Shown here: positions 9,675-18,924 of the stretch, one piece after another
How positions within the stretch are numbered: the stretch's first letter is position 1
How the letters are laid out: every line of letters starts with the position of its first letter
Origin: Deltaproteobacteria bacterium
GTDB lineage: Bacteria; Desulfobacterota; Desulfomonilia; UBA1062
Assembly (NCBI GenBank): GCA_018436855.1
Contig: JAHDKO010000016.1
Coordinates: 7,286 to 71,285, forward strand
Direction: 5' to 3'
DNA length: 64,000 bases
Notes under the pieces: generated by a model
The model's input: the letters and a program-made list of their open reading frames with translations, nothing else
Databases searched by the model: none
Told to the model about the DNA's origin: nothing
Program-made: the position numbers and the translations under genes

Positions 9675-9742
9675 GAGATTCCTCGAAAAAAAAGGGCCAC
9701 CCACGAATGGGTAGCCCTTTAGTCTTTTCAGGCATAGACTAA

Positions 9743-10069
9743 TCAGTGTTTGGGGACCGGAACAGTTTCTCCGTCTGCCTTCATCAACTGATTTTCAAGA
9801 TCCCGGATCATCTCCTTCAACAATCCTTTGCTGATCTTTCTGACTTCACCCAGATCACACTCAAGAGAAAAATCCACTCGCCAATCATTATTGGCTTTGT
9901 TCTTCTCCCGACAGGCTTTGAGGTGATTCACATGCCGCTCCAACGCCTCGATAAAAGCGTCATAGGAGATATCATCGTATCGATCCCACGGCCCTTTCAC
10001 CACGAAAGCTGCATTTACATAATAGGCACGGAGAACTGTCTCGCCTACTTTTCCAAGTAATTTTTTCAT
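9743..10069 (-). CDS. hypothetical protein (108 aa)
   Basis: ORF in a leftward array of small genes. Confidence 0.4.
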   Translation of the reverse strand: MKKLLGKVGETVLRAYYVNAAFVVKGPWDRYDDISYDAFIEALERHVNHLKACREKNKANNDWRVDFSLECDLGEVRKISKGLLKEMIRDLENQLMKADGETVPVPKH

Positions 10070-10079
10070 TTCTGCCTCC

Positions 10080-10436
10080 CTATATGGCTTTTTTCTTTTT
10101 CATTTCCCTGAAGTCGTGAATGGTTTCCATCTCGCACCACTCTTGCTGTGGTAGTGCAGGAATGACCCGAAAAATGGACGTTTCTCTCCGCAATTCGCCG
10201 ATTGTCACCTTGCTGTCAAGTATGTGATCATAGGCCAGCTTGATCCTTGCTGTATCCGGGACCGTGTGCATAAAGGGCAGATTGCCAAGAAGTTTTTCCA
10301 ACAGATCCACCTTGGCATTGATTTCATCCACGAGCGCACACATGATCTCGTTAATAACCCTTCTGTTCGAATTACAGCTCACATGCTCGACAATCATTTT
10401 TGTGAAGTCCTTTCCAGTTGGCCTTTCGATTTCCAT
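10080..10436 (-). CDS. hypothetical protein (118 aa)
   Basis: ORF in a leftward array of small genes. Confidence 0.4.
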   Translation of the reverse strand: MEIERPTGKDFTKMIVEHVSCNSNRRVINEIMCALVDEINAKVDLLEKLLGNLPFMHTVPDTARIKLAYDHILDSKVTIGELRRETSIFRVIPALPQQEWCEMETIHDFREMKKKKAI

Positions 10437-10467
10437 GCTCTTTCTCCTATATGGTTTTTATTATTCT

Positions 10468-10677
10468 TTACCTGGACACCATTGCCAATCCTACCGGGGT
10501 AAGGCGATAGCCATTCAATTTGCCTACCTGATCGAATTTCACCAACCCTTTCTGGATCAGCCTGTTCATATTTTTTCCCACCGAAGTTTCACGAGAAAAT
10601 GTTTTGCTCCTTAAACCTCTTTCTGTGTTAACGTAGATTGATATCATGATGTTTATCTGATCTTTTGACAGTCTCAT
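10468..10677 (-). CDS. small winged-helix DNA-binding protein (MarR-like fragment)
   Basis: MNRLIQKGLVKFDQVGKLNGYRLTPVGLAM resembles a wHTH recognition helix plus wing. Confidence 0.35.
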   Translation of the reverse strand: MRLSKDQINIMISIYVNTERGLRSKTFSRETSVGKNMNRLIQKGLVKFDQVGKLNGYRLTPVGLAMVSR

Positions 10678-10711
10678 TAAAACCTCCTGTTAAACATGTT
10701 TATCTGAAACT

Positions 10712-10960
10712 TCAGTAATCCACATGGAACAAAGTTCCGTCTGTTGCTTTGATGATATAATCATCAGCCACGTTCTTTATGCCGAGTTTGAATACCTGAG
10801 AAATCATACTCCTATGAAAATACGCAGTAATTTTTCTCGGTACTCTTTGCATGGGATTTGATCCGCAATCCGAAGGATCATACGAAGTTTTTGAAACACC
10901 AACAGGCATGTAACCGACATGTTTACCAGACTCTCTCCTTAAAATTTCCCTGATAGTCAT
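10712..10960 (-). CDS. hypothetical protein (82 aa)
   Basis: ORF. No recognisable motif. Confidence 0.35.
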   Translation of the reverse strand: MTIREILRRESGKHVGYMPVGVSKTSYDPSDCGSNPMQRVPRKITAYFHRSMISQVFKLGIKNVADDYIIKATDGTLFHVDY

Positions 10961-11064
10961 AAACTACCTCCTAATTAGTTGTTTTTATTATTTGTTGACC
11001 AAAAAAAGGACGCAAAAAGGGGAATATAACCCACATGTTATGCGCTTCTGGAGTGGTCGAAATT

Positions 11065-11176
11065 AATCTTTGATTGAATGTTTGTAGGAATTGCTTGAAC
11101 TACTTTTACCGTTCATCGACGGCTCAATGATCAAATAAATTGATCAAGGATATGTTATGAGTGAAGTATAAGCATA
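11065..11176. repeat. Left copy of ~110-bp imperfect inverted repeat (partner at 18925..19040)
   Basis: The core ggctcaatgatcaaataaattgatcaaggatatgttatgagtgaagtataagcata matches the reverse complement of 18925-18980 at 54/56 bp. Similarity extends about 55 bp further through ttgaatgtttg...gcttgaactacttttacc. It contains the palindrome TGATCAAataaaTTGATCA. Confidence 0.6.
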
Positions 11177-11208
11177 TTCAACACAAAAAGTCAAGCATAA
11201 AATGCTTA

Positions 11209-11243
11209 TTTTCCTTGACAAATTATTCCATCTATGTTATTTA
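11209..11243 (+). promoter_or_regulatory. Sigma70-type promoter (family B) for the nuclease gene: TTGACA-N17-TGtTATTTA
   Basis: ttattttccTTGACAaattattccatctatgtTATTTA with an extended -10 TGn. Shares the AATAATAC/ATTATTTT upstream box with the other family-B copies. Confidence 0.45.
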
Positions 11244-11295
11244 GATAACAAAATAGATCAGGAGGCACTTTCAAATAGCACATGGGGGGTGGGAA

Positions 11296-12063
11296 GTGAA
11301 TGTTAAGAGGGTAATATTTAGTGTTTGCTTGTTTCTGGCGTTTGGTTTTTCGGGCGTACATGCCGGTAATCCCGGCTTGCCGGTCTATGAGGATGTTCTA
11401 TTCAACAAGTTGGATCAGATCGTTCATCATACGGCCTACTCGCTTCAATACAAGGAAGACTGTGAACAAGCTGCCTGGGTTGCGTACAAGATCGAGTATG
11501 ATAAGCTGATTCATTCGATCAAACGCTCAGATAATTTTCGGGTAGACCCCAAGGTAATAACGAAGTCTGCCACACTAGCAGATTATCGGGGTTCCGGGTA
11601 TGATCGAGGTCATCTTGCCCCGGCTGCATCCATGAAATACTCGAAAATCACCATGAGCGAGTCGTTCTATATGTCGAACATGAGCCCACAGCATCCAGGC
11701 TTAAACCGGGGTATCTGGAAAAAACTTGAGGATAAGGTAAGGCGATGGTCAAACAAACATGGTGATCTGTATGTTGTGAGCGGTCCCGTATTAAGGGGCC
11801 AGCCGAACAAGGATACCAAGTTCATTGGACCGAACAATGTTTGTGTGCCGGAATACTATTACAAAGTGATCCTGGATTATAATGAACCCGAGATAAAGGC
11901 CATCGGCTTTTTCTTTCCCAATGTTCCCTGTGTTGACGATCTTGAACAATTCGCCCTATCTGTTGCTAGTATTGAGGTCATAACCGGCATTGATTTTTTC
12001 TCCGGGCTCCCGGATCATATCGAGGATGTAATTGAGAACGAGTGCAACTATCATGCTTGGTGA
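11296..12063 (+). CDS. Secreted DNA/RNA non-specific endonuclease (His-Me finger, NUC1/EndoG-like)
   Basis: N-terminal signal peptide and the SGYDRGHLAPAASM active-site motif (DRGH). GTG start after GGGTGGGAAG. Confidence 0.8.
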   Translation: MNVKRVIFSVCLFLAFGFSGVHAGNPGLPVYEDVLFNKLDQIVHHTAYSLQYKEDCEQAAWVAYKIEYDKLIHSIKRSDNFRVDPKVITKSATLADYRGSGYDRGHLAPAASMKYSKITMSESFYMSNMSPQHPGLNRGIWKKLEDKVRRWSNKHGDLYVVSGPVLRGQPNKDTKFIGPNNVCVPEYYYKVILDYNEPEIKAIGFFFPNVPCVDDLEQFALSVASIEVITGIDFFSGLPDHIEDVIENECNYHAW

Positions 12064-12075
12064 AAGGGTTAAACC

Positions 12076-12300
12076 ATGACGAACTTTTTGCTCAAAGACG
12101 TAGACGATTCCTTTTGGACCACGGTTAAGAAGAAGACGCAGCAAGAGGATATCCATTTGAAGCACTTGATCCTTGAGCTTCTTCGCCTTTGGCTCAAGGG
12201 GGATATCCGGGTTGACACAAAGAAGCTCAGGAAGATCCACGAAGAGGTTAAATCGAAGGGGTATGCACAGAGAACCAGAAGGGGGCAAGACGAACCTTGA
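12076..12300 (+). CDS. small protein, possible ribbon-helix-helix
   Basis: 74 aa with an N-terminal beta-strand-like segment followed by helices. Sits between the nuclease and VRR-NUC genes. Confidence 0.35.
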   Translation: MTNFLLKDVDDSFWTTVKKKTQQEDIHLKHLILELLRLWLKGDIRVDTKKLRKIHEEVKSKGYAQRTRRGQDEP

Positions 12301-12659
12301 TTATTCCCGAGGCAGATGTTCAAAAACAAATACTTGATTATCTTGCATGGAGACATGTCTTTGTTTGGCGGCAAAATTCCGGTGCTGTCGTATACGAGGA
12401 CGAAAACAGGAATAAGCGGTTCGTCCGGTTCGCTTCCGTCAACGGGATCTCCGACATTCTGGGAATACTGCCCGATGGAAGACTGCTGGCTATCGAGGTT
12501 AAAAAAAAAGGCAAAAAACCATCCGATGATCAAGAGAAATTTTTGGCTGCAATTAAAAGAAACAATGGTGTAGCAATTCTGGCATACTCGCTTGATGATG
12601 TAATCAAAGAACTAGACTGTGTTTCTTTTTCCCAAAAACATATTGCACGACCTTCTTGA
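12297..12659 (+). CDS. VRR-NUC domain protein (PD-(D/E)xK nuclease)
   Basis: QKQILDYL...RQNSG...GISDILGILPDGRLLAIEVKKKGKKPSDDQEKFLAAIKRNNGVAIL matches the VRR-NUC signature (D..E.K and Q..F). Confidence 0.75.
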   Translation: MIIPEADVQKQILDYLAWRHVFVWRQNSGAVVYEDENRNKRFVRFASVNGISDILGILPDGRLLAIEVKKKGKKPSDDQEKFLAAIKRNNGVAILAYSLDDVIKELDCVSFSQKHIARPS

Positions 12660-12913
12660 TAGGAGTTTCTTATATGAGTCAAAGAAATATTGCCCCTGTT
12701 CTGAATCAACTTTTGTCAGACGAACTTTCCGACAAACCTGAATGGCGCATAGATGCCGTTGACTTGGCAAAAAAGATTCCTGATATCGACTACAAATTTC
12801 CTTCGCACATCATTCCCTTGGTCAAGGCCGCAGTAAAGAAAGCCAACCGGGAATCGGGCATGAGAAAACAAAACTTGAGTCGCTATTTGATAAATTTGTG
12901 GACCAGGAAGTGA
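12656..12913 (+). CDS. hypothetical protein
   Basis: ORF overlapping the upstream stop by 4 nt. Confidence 0.3.
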   Translation: MIGVSYMSQRNIAPVLNQLLSDELSDKPEWRIDAVDLAKKIPDIDYKFPSHIIPLVKAAVKKANRESGMRKQNLSRYLINLWTRK

Positions 12914-13047
12914 TGGAGCCCACTTTTTATTAACAATAAACGTTCGTTTTTTGCTCATGGCAACAAGATACATAAACGGGTTGTTTATTTTAATCAAAAC
13001 CATTAAGAATAACTCGATTATGACGATTATATAAAGAGAGGATCAAG

Positions 13048-13662
13048 ATGAGCGTTTTATCCTATATCCGGGTGAGCACAAACACGCAGGACGTTAAGAA
13101 TCAGCGGTACGAAATCCTGGAGTATGCCCGAACGCATGATCTGCAGATTGATCGGTTCATCGAAATTGAGATATCATCTCGGAAGGACAGAAAGCAGAGA
13201 CGAATTGATGAGATCCTGCAGGAACTTTCTTCGGGAGATACCCTGATCGTATCCGAGTTGTCCCGTCTGGGCAGATCAACAGGCGAAGTGATCGAGCTTG
13301 TCAACGAGCTGGTCAAAAAGAAGATCCGATTCATCGCCATCAAGCAGAATCTCAGCATCAACAATGGTCACGATATGTCCAGTAAGATCATCGTGACGCT
13401 CTTCGGGCTCATGGCAGAGCTTGAGCGGGATCTGATCAGCATGAGAACCAAAGAGGCTCTTGCCGCGAAGAAGGCCCAGGGGAAGGTACTCGGCAGGCCG
13501 AAGGGCTCCCTGGGAAAGAGCAAGCTCGATGGAAAGGAGGGGGAGATTGCCCGATTGCTGGAATCGAAGGTGTCTAAAGCTGCCATTGCCAGGATCACCG
13601 GCGTGTCCTGGTTGACACTCGATAGGTTTATTAAGTCCCGTGGATTGAGCAAGCAATCTTGA
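13048..13662 (+). CDS. Serine recombinase (resolvase/invertase family) with C-terminal HTH
   Basis: Catalytic YIRVSTNTQD, GDTLIVSELSRLGRS and a C-terminal HTH (ARITGVSWLTLDRF). RBS GAGAGGA. Confidence 0.85.
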   Translation: MSVLSYIRVSTNTQDVKNQRYEILEYARTHDLQIDRFIEIEISSRKDRKQRRIDEILQELSSGDTLIVSELSRLGRSTGEVIELVNELVKKKIRFIAIKQNLSINNGHDMSSKIIVTLFGLMAELERDLISMRTKEALAAKKAQGKVLGRPKGSLGKSKLDGKEGEIARLLESKVSKAAIARITGVSWLTLDRFIKSRGLSKQS

Positions 13663-13803
13663 TTGATTTCTCGCTCGACGAATATTTATAGTTGACATAC
13701 ATGCATGACATGTATTACATGTGTTGCATGTATTATTCATACTGTTATTATCTTACTAGTGCATCAAGAATGAGGAAGAGAGACAGTAAGGAGGAATTGT
13801 CAA

Positions 13804-14013
13804 ATGTTATCAGTGAGGCTCCCAAAGGAGTTGGAGGATCGATTAACGGACCTAGCTGAAGTAACGAAAAGGAGTAAAACATTTTATATCCGTGAGGCTA
13901 TTGAAAAATATCTGGAAAACATGGAAGATATGTATATCGCCTTGTATCGGCTTGAGAATCCTGACGAACGGATATCAAACAAAGAAGTAGGAGAACGACT
14001 TGGATTAAAATGA
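13804..14013 (+). CDS. relB: RelB/DinJ-family antitoxin
   Basis: MLSVRLPKELEDRLTDLAEVTKRSKTFYIREAIEKYLE is a classic RelB RHH. An upstream promoter carries CATG-rich palindromes (13692-13750). Confidence 0.75.
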   Translation: MLSVRLPKELEDRLTDLAEVTKRSKTFYIREAIEKYLENMEDMYIALYRLENPDERISNKEVGERLGLK

Positions 14014-14030
14014 ATCTTGAAACTTATTGA

Positions 14031-14315
14031 CTGAACCTGGGGGAGGGGTATGGAAATCTTCAATGGGATAAAAGAGCATTCAGAGAATTTGAGAAAATCG
14101 ATAGGGTATGGCAAGAAAAGATCTACAGTTTCATTGTAGATCAGATCGAGACAGAAGATGATCCACGAAGGATCGGCAAACCCCTTCAAGGCAAGTTCAA
14201 GGGCTTTTGGAAATATCGCATAGGGGATTATCGTCTTGTTTGCCATATCCAGGACAAGATTCTCACCGTTCTGATTCTTAGAGCCAGACACCGAAGCAGC
14301 GTGTATAACCGTTAA
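14031..14315 (+). CDS. relE: RelE/ParE-family toxin, reading frame intact but no canonical in-frame start (possible -1 frameshift relative to ATG at 14050, or CTG start)
   Basis: Manual translation of the frame after stop 14028-30 gives ...GNLQWDKRAFREFEKIDRVWQEKIYSFIVDQIETEDDPRRIGKPLQGKFKGFWKYRIGDYRLVCHIQDKILTVLILRARHRSSVYNR, a clear RelE fold sequence. The only ATG (14050) is in the -1 frame. Confidence 0.55.
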   Translation: MNLGEGYGNLQWDKRAFREFEKIDRVWQEKIYSFIVDQIETEDDPRRIGKPLQGKFKGFWKYRIGDYRLVCHIQDKILTVLILRARHRSSVYNR

Positions 14316-14503
14316 TTGTTAATACATAAAAGCCCTGAACATCGGAGCTATTAGCCTGATCATGGAAGGATCTGAGGGTTTGCAATGTTGCGTAATCAAT
14401 TATTTTCTTTTTCTCATGCCTCATTTCTTAATTCCAATCATTCAGGATGCCCACCATTCCATGCTTGACGCACAGAACAGTGGGCATCACGCCAGCATCT
14501 TTC

Positions 14504-15049
14504 TTAACTTCCCGGTCCCGATCCCATTCCCCGATCCGGGCAAATCTCGTCATCCGAACCCTTATCTATCTCTTTGAATTTATCGATACCATCAAGGTCG
14601 AGTTCGCATTTTCTGCCGGCATACTCGCCTTTCATGATCGCATAGATATCTTCCCTTAGATCGTTGGGACTCAGAACACCCTTGAAAACCACTTCGATTC
14701 CGGCGCTTCCCGCTGATCCAAACTCGACATCTCCGGTTCCGAGCATGCGCTGAAGGATCGACTGCTTGACATTGACGCTTCTCAGATCGGCTATTCGAAT
14801 CGTGCTGGTGCTCTTGCTCAAAATTCCCTGGGTGCTTTGAATAAAATCATTCGTTACCAGATAGTGCCACATGCAACGCTGAAGAGCTATTGCCGCCCCA
14901 AGAATGACAAACAACCCGGCAACGTACTTGAATGCTACCGAGGTGTATATCAAAAGCAGAATGCAAACCACGATCAGCCCGATGATTCCCAATGACTGCT
15001 CTCTCCATGCCGGTCTGTCCTCAAAAACAACTTTATTTCCATCTCTCAT
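14504..15049 (-). CDS. Membrane protein with bacterial PH domain (bPH_2/YdbS-like)
   Basis: Two TM helices followed by a YLVTNDFIQSTQGIL...IRIADLRSVNVKQSILQRMLGTGDV pattern. Confidence 0.5.
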   Translation of the reverse strand: MRDGNKVVFEDRPAWREQSLGIIGLIVVCILLLIYTSVAFKYVAGLFVILGAAIALQRCMWHYLVTNDFIQSTQGILSKSTSTIRIADLRSVNVKQSILQRMLGTGDVEFGSAGSAGIEVVFKGVLSPNDLREDIYAIMKGEYAGRKCELDLDGIDKFKEIDKGSDDEICPDRGMGSGPGS

Positions 15050-15114
15050 ACTACACCCCCTGGTTTATCCTCTTAATCCCTGTTCTTGCTTGTCATATCA
15101 ACGTAGTGTTCTTC

Positions 15115-15846
15115 TTAGAAATTCCCGACTATCGTCTTGGAAATCTGCGCCTCAAGCACTGGCCGTGCTTCTTCGAAATCGAGATTCACCTTGTTTGCGG
15201 ACGCGAGAACCCTTAAATTGTATCTCATGAAGTCGCTCTTGGACGTTGCGGTCTGCTTGACCTGTGTCGATGTTCCCTGCTTGATGTCGCTCTCCACGGT
15301 CTGTTCTATAGCAACATCCGACCTCTCGGAAATTTGCAGATCAATCATCATGGAGTAGGTAACATTTTTCACAAGCGAGTCCGCGACAAATCCAGCTCCC
15401 GCACCTATTGCGCCCCCGATCCCTATGCCGGAAACACGCTGATTTATCAAACCGCCTATCGCCGCTCCAGCAACCAACCCCTCCATTGGAGCACCGTACC
15501 CGGCATTCACGACTTTCTGGAGCATTGCGGGATCGTCCTCTCCTATATAAAGAATTTTGACCTGGAGAACGTAATAGCTATCCCTTGGGGATGCCGTGAT
15601 CTCATACCCTTTGCTGATCAGCTCCTTTTCGATCAAGTCCTTGATCTGAAAATTGTGCTGCGTTGTATTTCGGACATCCACGAAAGCGGTTCTCTCGAAA
15701 TCGCCCATGATATTCAGAAAAATATTACCCTCCGTTTTTACATCAACATCGAGGTTCCTGTGCTCGATTGCCGTTCTGGTTGCCGAACATCCGCTCAGGA
15801 CAAATACCGCCAAAATAATTCCCAAAAACACGATCTTTCTATTCAT
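15115..15846 (-). CDS. traT: TraT-like outer-membrane lipoprotein (surface/entry exclusion, complement resistance)
   Basis: 243 aa with lipobox LSGC and a Gly-zipper segment. C-terminal ...ANKVNLDFEEARPVLEAQISK is highly similar to F-plasmid TraT as I recall it. Confidence 0.7.
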   Translation of the reverse strand: MNRKIVFLGIILAVFVLSGCSATRTAIEHRNLDVDVKTEGNIFLNIMGDFERTAFVDVRNTTQHNFQIKDLIEKELISKGYEITASPRDSYYVLQVKILYIGEDDPAMLQKVVNAGYGAPMEGLVAGAAIGGLINQRVSGIGIGGAIGAGAGFVADSLVKNVTYSMMIDLQISERSDVAIEQTVESDIKQGTSTQVKQTATSKSDFMRYNLRVLASANKVNLDFEEARPVLEAQISKTIVGNF

Positions 15847-15861
15847 ATTTCCTCCTTTTTT

Positions 15862-17019
15862 TTAACTCAGTCGTTTACCCAAAACTTCCTGGATAGCCCT
15901 TGACAGCTCTATCATCGCATACGGCTTTTGGAGCACCTTTTTCACGCCGAGCTTGTGTAATTTTCCCCTGGTAACCAGATTGCTGTAGCCGGTGCATAAG
16001 ATTATTGGGAAATCAGGTCTTTTTTGCAGAACCTTCACCGTGAGTTCTTCGCCGTCCATCTCGGGCATATTGATATCAGAGATCATGATGTCGAACCTGT
16101 CAGGCGTTTCCATGAAGAGGTTCAGGGCTTCCTTCCCGTTTGAGGCAACAGCTACTTCGTATCCATCCCGCTTCAGAACCTCCTTGGCGAGAAATGATAC
16201 ATTCTGCTCATCGTCCACAAAAAGAACCGTATGCCCGGTTGGTCTATGTTCCTGCACATTCTTGATTAACAAGTTTTTCTTTTGTTCTTGCTGTCTATCT
16301 CCCTCTTCACACATAGGGAGATAGACGGTGAACGTGGAGCCCTTTCCCTCATTGCTTTTACAGGTAATAAATCCCTTGTGAATCTTTACGATCTCGTCAA
16401 CGATCGCAAGCCCCAGGCCGTTTCCGTCTTCTTTTGTCGTAAAGTGCGGTTCAAAGATCCTGTCAACCAGCTTATCGGGAATGCCTATTCCTGTGTCGGA
16501 TATGGACATAATCATATAATTTTGCGGTGGCATGTTCCCTGTATCCAAGACCGTGTTCTTAACCTCGATCCCGATCTTTCCCCCTCCCGGCATGGCCTGG
16601 ATGGCATTAGTGCAGAGATTCATGAAAAGGCGATTCATCTGGCCTATACTGGTCATAATGTCGCCCGTTATATTGAGATTGCATTCAATGATAATATCTC
16701 TGGGTACGAATGCACGAACCATCTCAATGAATGTTCGCATGACAGGCTCAATAGTCACCCGCTCAAAGTTGGCATCCCCGTCTTCTTTCAGGGTAAATAT
16801 CTGCTGAATAAGGGTTCTCGCCTGTTCTGCAGCGTTTGCAGCATTACCAAGGCTGGCTTCCACCTCTCCAGGATTATCCAGGTGAGCCTTCGCCAGCTCG
16901 ATACAGTTTATCACTACGGTAAGAATATTATTAACATCATGCGCCACACCTCTCGTTCTGGTTCCGGGTTTCTGGTTTGTTCTCCCGTAAGAAAAACTTT
17001 CCTGTTGCTGAGTGATCAC
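15862..17019 (-). CDS. Hybrid histidine kinase (HisKA-HATPase-REC), no sensor domain
   Basis: H-box HDVNNILTVV, HATPase G-boxes (DTGIGIP, GLGL) and a C-terminal receiver VLFVDDEQNV...DINMPEMDG. Confidence 0.8.
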   Translation of the reverse strand: MITQQQESFSYGRTNQKPGTRTRGVAHDVNNILTVVINCIELAKAHLDNPGEVEASLGNAANAAEQARTLIQQIFTLKEDGDANFERVTIEPVMRTFIEMVRAFVPRDIIIECNLNITGDIMTSIGQMNRLFMNLCTNAIQAMPGGGKIGIEVKNTVLDTGNMPPQNYMIMSISDTGIGIPDKLVDRIFEPHFTTKEDGNGLGLAIVDEIVKIHKGFITCKSNEGKGSTFTVYLPMCEEGDRQQEQKKNLLIKNVQEHRPTGHTVLFVDDEQNVSFLAKEVLKRDGYEVAVASNGKEALNLFMETPDRFDIMISDINMPEMDGEELTVKVLQKRPDFPIILCTGYSNLVTRGKLHKLGVKKVLQKPYAMIELSRAIQEVLGKRLS

Positions 17020-17040
17020 ATTCCCTCCTGTTGTTTTAAA

Positions 17041-17634
17041 TTAACAAAGTTCTTTAAAGGCTTTACCGGAAGCCACCAGCTTGGTTCTTTCCCCTAAATG
17101 CCAGAGTATTTCGTCTACCTGATCCTCGATTTTTCGTGATCGGATCACATAGACCTTTTCCCTATATCTCTCAAGAATTTCGGATAACTCTCCGAAAGAG
17201 GCTATCTGCTCATTGCTCTCATTCCCATCCAGCAACATGAACGCGATCACATCATATATTTTCTCTGCATGGTGGAGCGCATACTTGGAAAATCGGGCTA
17301 CATCATTTTTAAGAGATGATTTTTGAGCGGGTTTTTTTGGGTTAATTTCGCAGGAGCATCTTGCTACAATTTCAATAGCACTCTCAATTGTGGTTCCATC
17401 TGCCACAAAATAAGGCAAGTTTGTTTCTTTCCAAATTTTATCGAAAAGAATATCCTCCTTCATCCGAAAAAACATATTTATCGGCATCTTGCCAGGGCAT
17501 ACATCCTTGAAAAAGTTTGATCGAATCCACTCATCTGCGCGATTTTCCAGAAACGGACACACCAGTTCCTCGCTCAACCTTCTTGCTAATTCCATTCTGG
17601 TTTTCAGCTCAACTCCACAAATAGCGATCCTCAC
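17041..17634 (-). CDS. Degenerate P-loop paralog of the 2294..2875 NTPase (Walker A lost)
   Basis: MRIAICGVELKTRM aligns with MRIAISGSEGTGKS. YFVADGTTIESAI aligns with FVADRSVADNVAY. GTG start with AGAGGGGGA RBS. Confidence 0.45.
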   Translation of the reverse strand: MRIAICGVELKTRMELARRLSEELVCPFLENRADEWIRSNFFKDVCPGKMPINMFFRMKEDILFDKIWKETNLPYFVADGTTIESAIEIVARCSCEINPKKPAQKSSLKNDVARFSKYALHHAEKIYDVIAFMLLDGNESNEQIASFGELSEILERYREKVYVIRSRKIEDQVDEILWHLGERTKLVASGKAFKELC

Positions 17635-17670
17635 GCGACAAATCCCCCTCTAAAATTTTGCGTTCATGTT

Positions 17671-17714
17671 GGTATTATTCTTTGAGGGGGAAATAAAACG
17701 CCGGGAAAAAAAAT
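17671..17714 (-). promoter_or_regulatory. Conserved element A, copy 2
   Basis: ggtattattctttgagggggaaataaaacgccgggaaaaaaaat, 36 nt upstream of the GTG of 17041..17634. Confidence 0.5.
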
Positions 17715-17780
17715 GGATATATTTCTTTGATACAGGATTACAAAAGCAGGTATGCTTTTGTGCAAAAAGGTGTATCTTAA

Positions 17781-18083
17781 TCAGGTTTTCTTGCGCGTCT
17801 GAATGAAATCCTTGATCTCTCCGATAAGATGATCAAGATCATCATCCCCGAGAATATACAAGTCCTTCTTGCTTGCCTCGATATTCTTAGCCCGATGTTC
17901 TCTAAGCATATACTGGACGATTCGCTCGATGGTAAGTGGAATCTTGAGATCGCCACGCAGATACCGGCTGGCAGTCGGTTGTCTCACGCCGATACGCTCA
18001 CCAAACTCCGTTACGCCCAACCCAAGCTCTTTCATGGCCTCGGCAAGATCGCCGGGTGTCATTGTGCCAACAATCACTTTCAT
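17781..18083 (-). CDS. HTH DNA-binding protein
   Basis: VTEFGERIGVRQPTASRYLRGD is a helix-turn-helix. Confidence 0.5.
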   Translation of the reverse strand: MKVIVGTMTPGDLAEAMKELGLGVTEFGERIGVRQPTASRYLRGDLKIPLTIERIVQYMLREHRAKNIEASKKDLYILGDDDLDHLIGEIKDFIQTRKKT

Positions 18084-18359
18084 AGTTTTTCGTGCTCAAA
18101 ATCGAATACTTCCAGACAGAAAGCACGTTCCTCCCTTATTATTTTCGCTTATTTATTTCTATTTACCAATCACCATCACCAATGGTTACATCTATCCCAC
18201 CAAGAGCTGTAAGTTCCTGTTGTTTACGCCCATCAACAGAATGAGAACAACCCAATAATAAGTGAAATCCTTTCCAATACTTCGGATTCAGTCATGCTCA
18301 TATCTTTTCCTTTTTTCAGTGAAAGATTATGCCCTCTGAACTAATGCCATCAGTTCAGA

Positions 18360-18800
18360 TTACTGGTTTCGTGTGTACTCGTCCCGCCCCACGATGAAGA
18401 ATGCCTCATATTCTGCACCAGGAGCGAAAAGAACCATCCCTTTACCCTTGCTCAGATCATGATTGATCAGTCTGTTCTCCAACTCGGTCACGTATTTTTT
18501 CTCATCCTGCTCTTCCCTGACAGCCCTCGCATATGCCTCTCCCTTGAAATGTGCATGAATGAGCATTACAATACTAGACCAGAGCATGACGGCTGCGATC
18601 CCTGCCATACCGACAAGGCCCCAATCTGTCTCGCACAACCCGCGAATCACGTTATGCACCATGATAAAAGACACGATCATCAGGACAAGGGCTCCGGGAA
18701 AAACCATCCTTGCCTCAAACACTCCATCAGCCCTGGCGTATTTCAGATACTCCCAAGCCGCCTTAATTACCATCCTTGCTTTCTCTGTTTTGTTACCCAT
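18360..18800 (-). CDS. membrane protein, hypothetical
   Basis: Start MGNKTEK at 18800 with GGGAGG RBS. The longer ORF to 18830 would overlap its own promoter. Two or three predicted TM helices. Confidence 0.5.
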   Translation of the reverse strand: MGNKTEKARMVIKAAWEYLKYARADGVFEARMVFPGALVLMIVSFIMVHNVIRGLCETDWGLVGMAGIAAVMLWSSIVMLIHAHFKGEAYARAVREEQDEKKYVTELENRLINHDLSKGKGMVLFAPGAEYEAFFIVGRDEYTRNQ

Positions 18801-18814
18801 TTTACGCCTCCCAT

Positions 18815-18857
18815 GATACTTGTATAACATACTTAGCGTATAATGTCAAGTATTATT
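18815..18857 (-). promoter_or_regulatory. Sigma70-type promoter (family B): AATAATAC-TTGACA-N17-TATACA
   Basis: Minus strand aaataatacTTGACAttatacgctaagtatgtTATACA. Confidence 0.45.
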
Positions 18858-18924
18858 TTAGCTTTCTTTAAATTCTCTAAAATTTTGCTTTAATCTCACA
18901 ATTTCCTTGACATTTTAACCAAAG

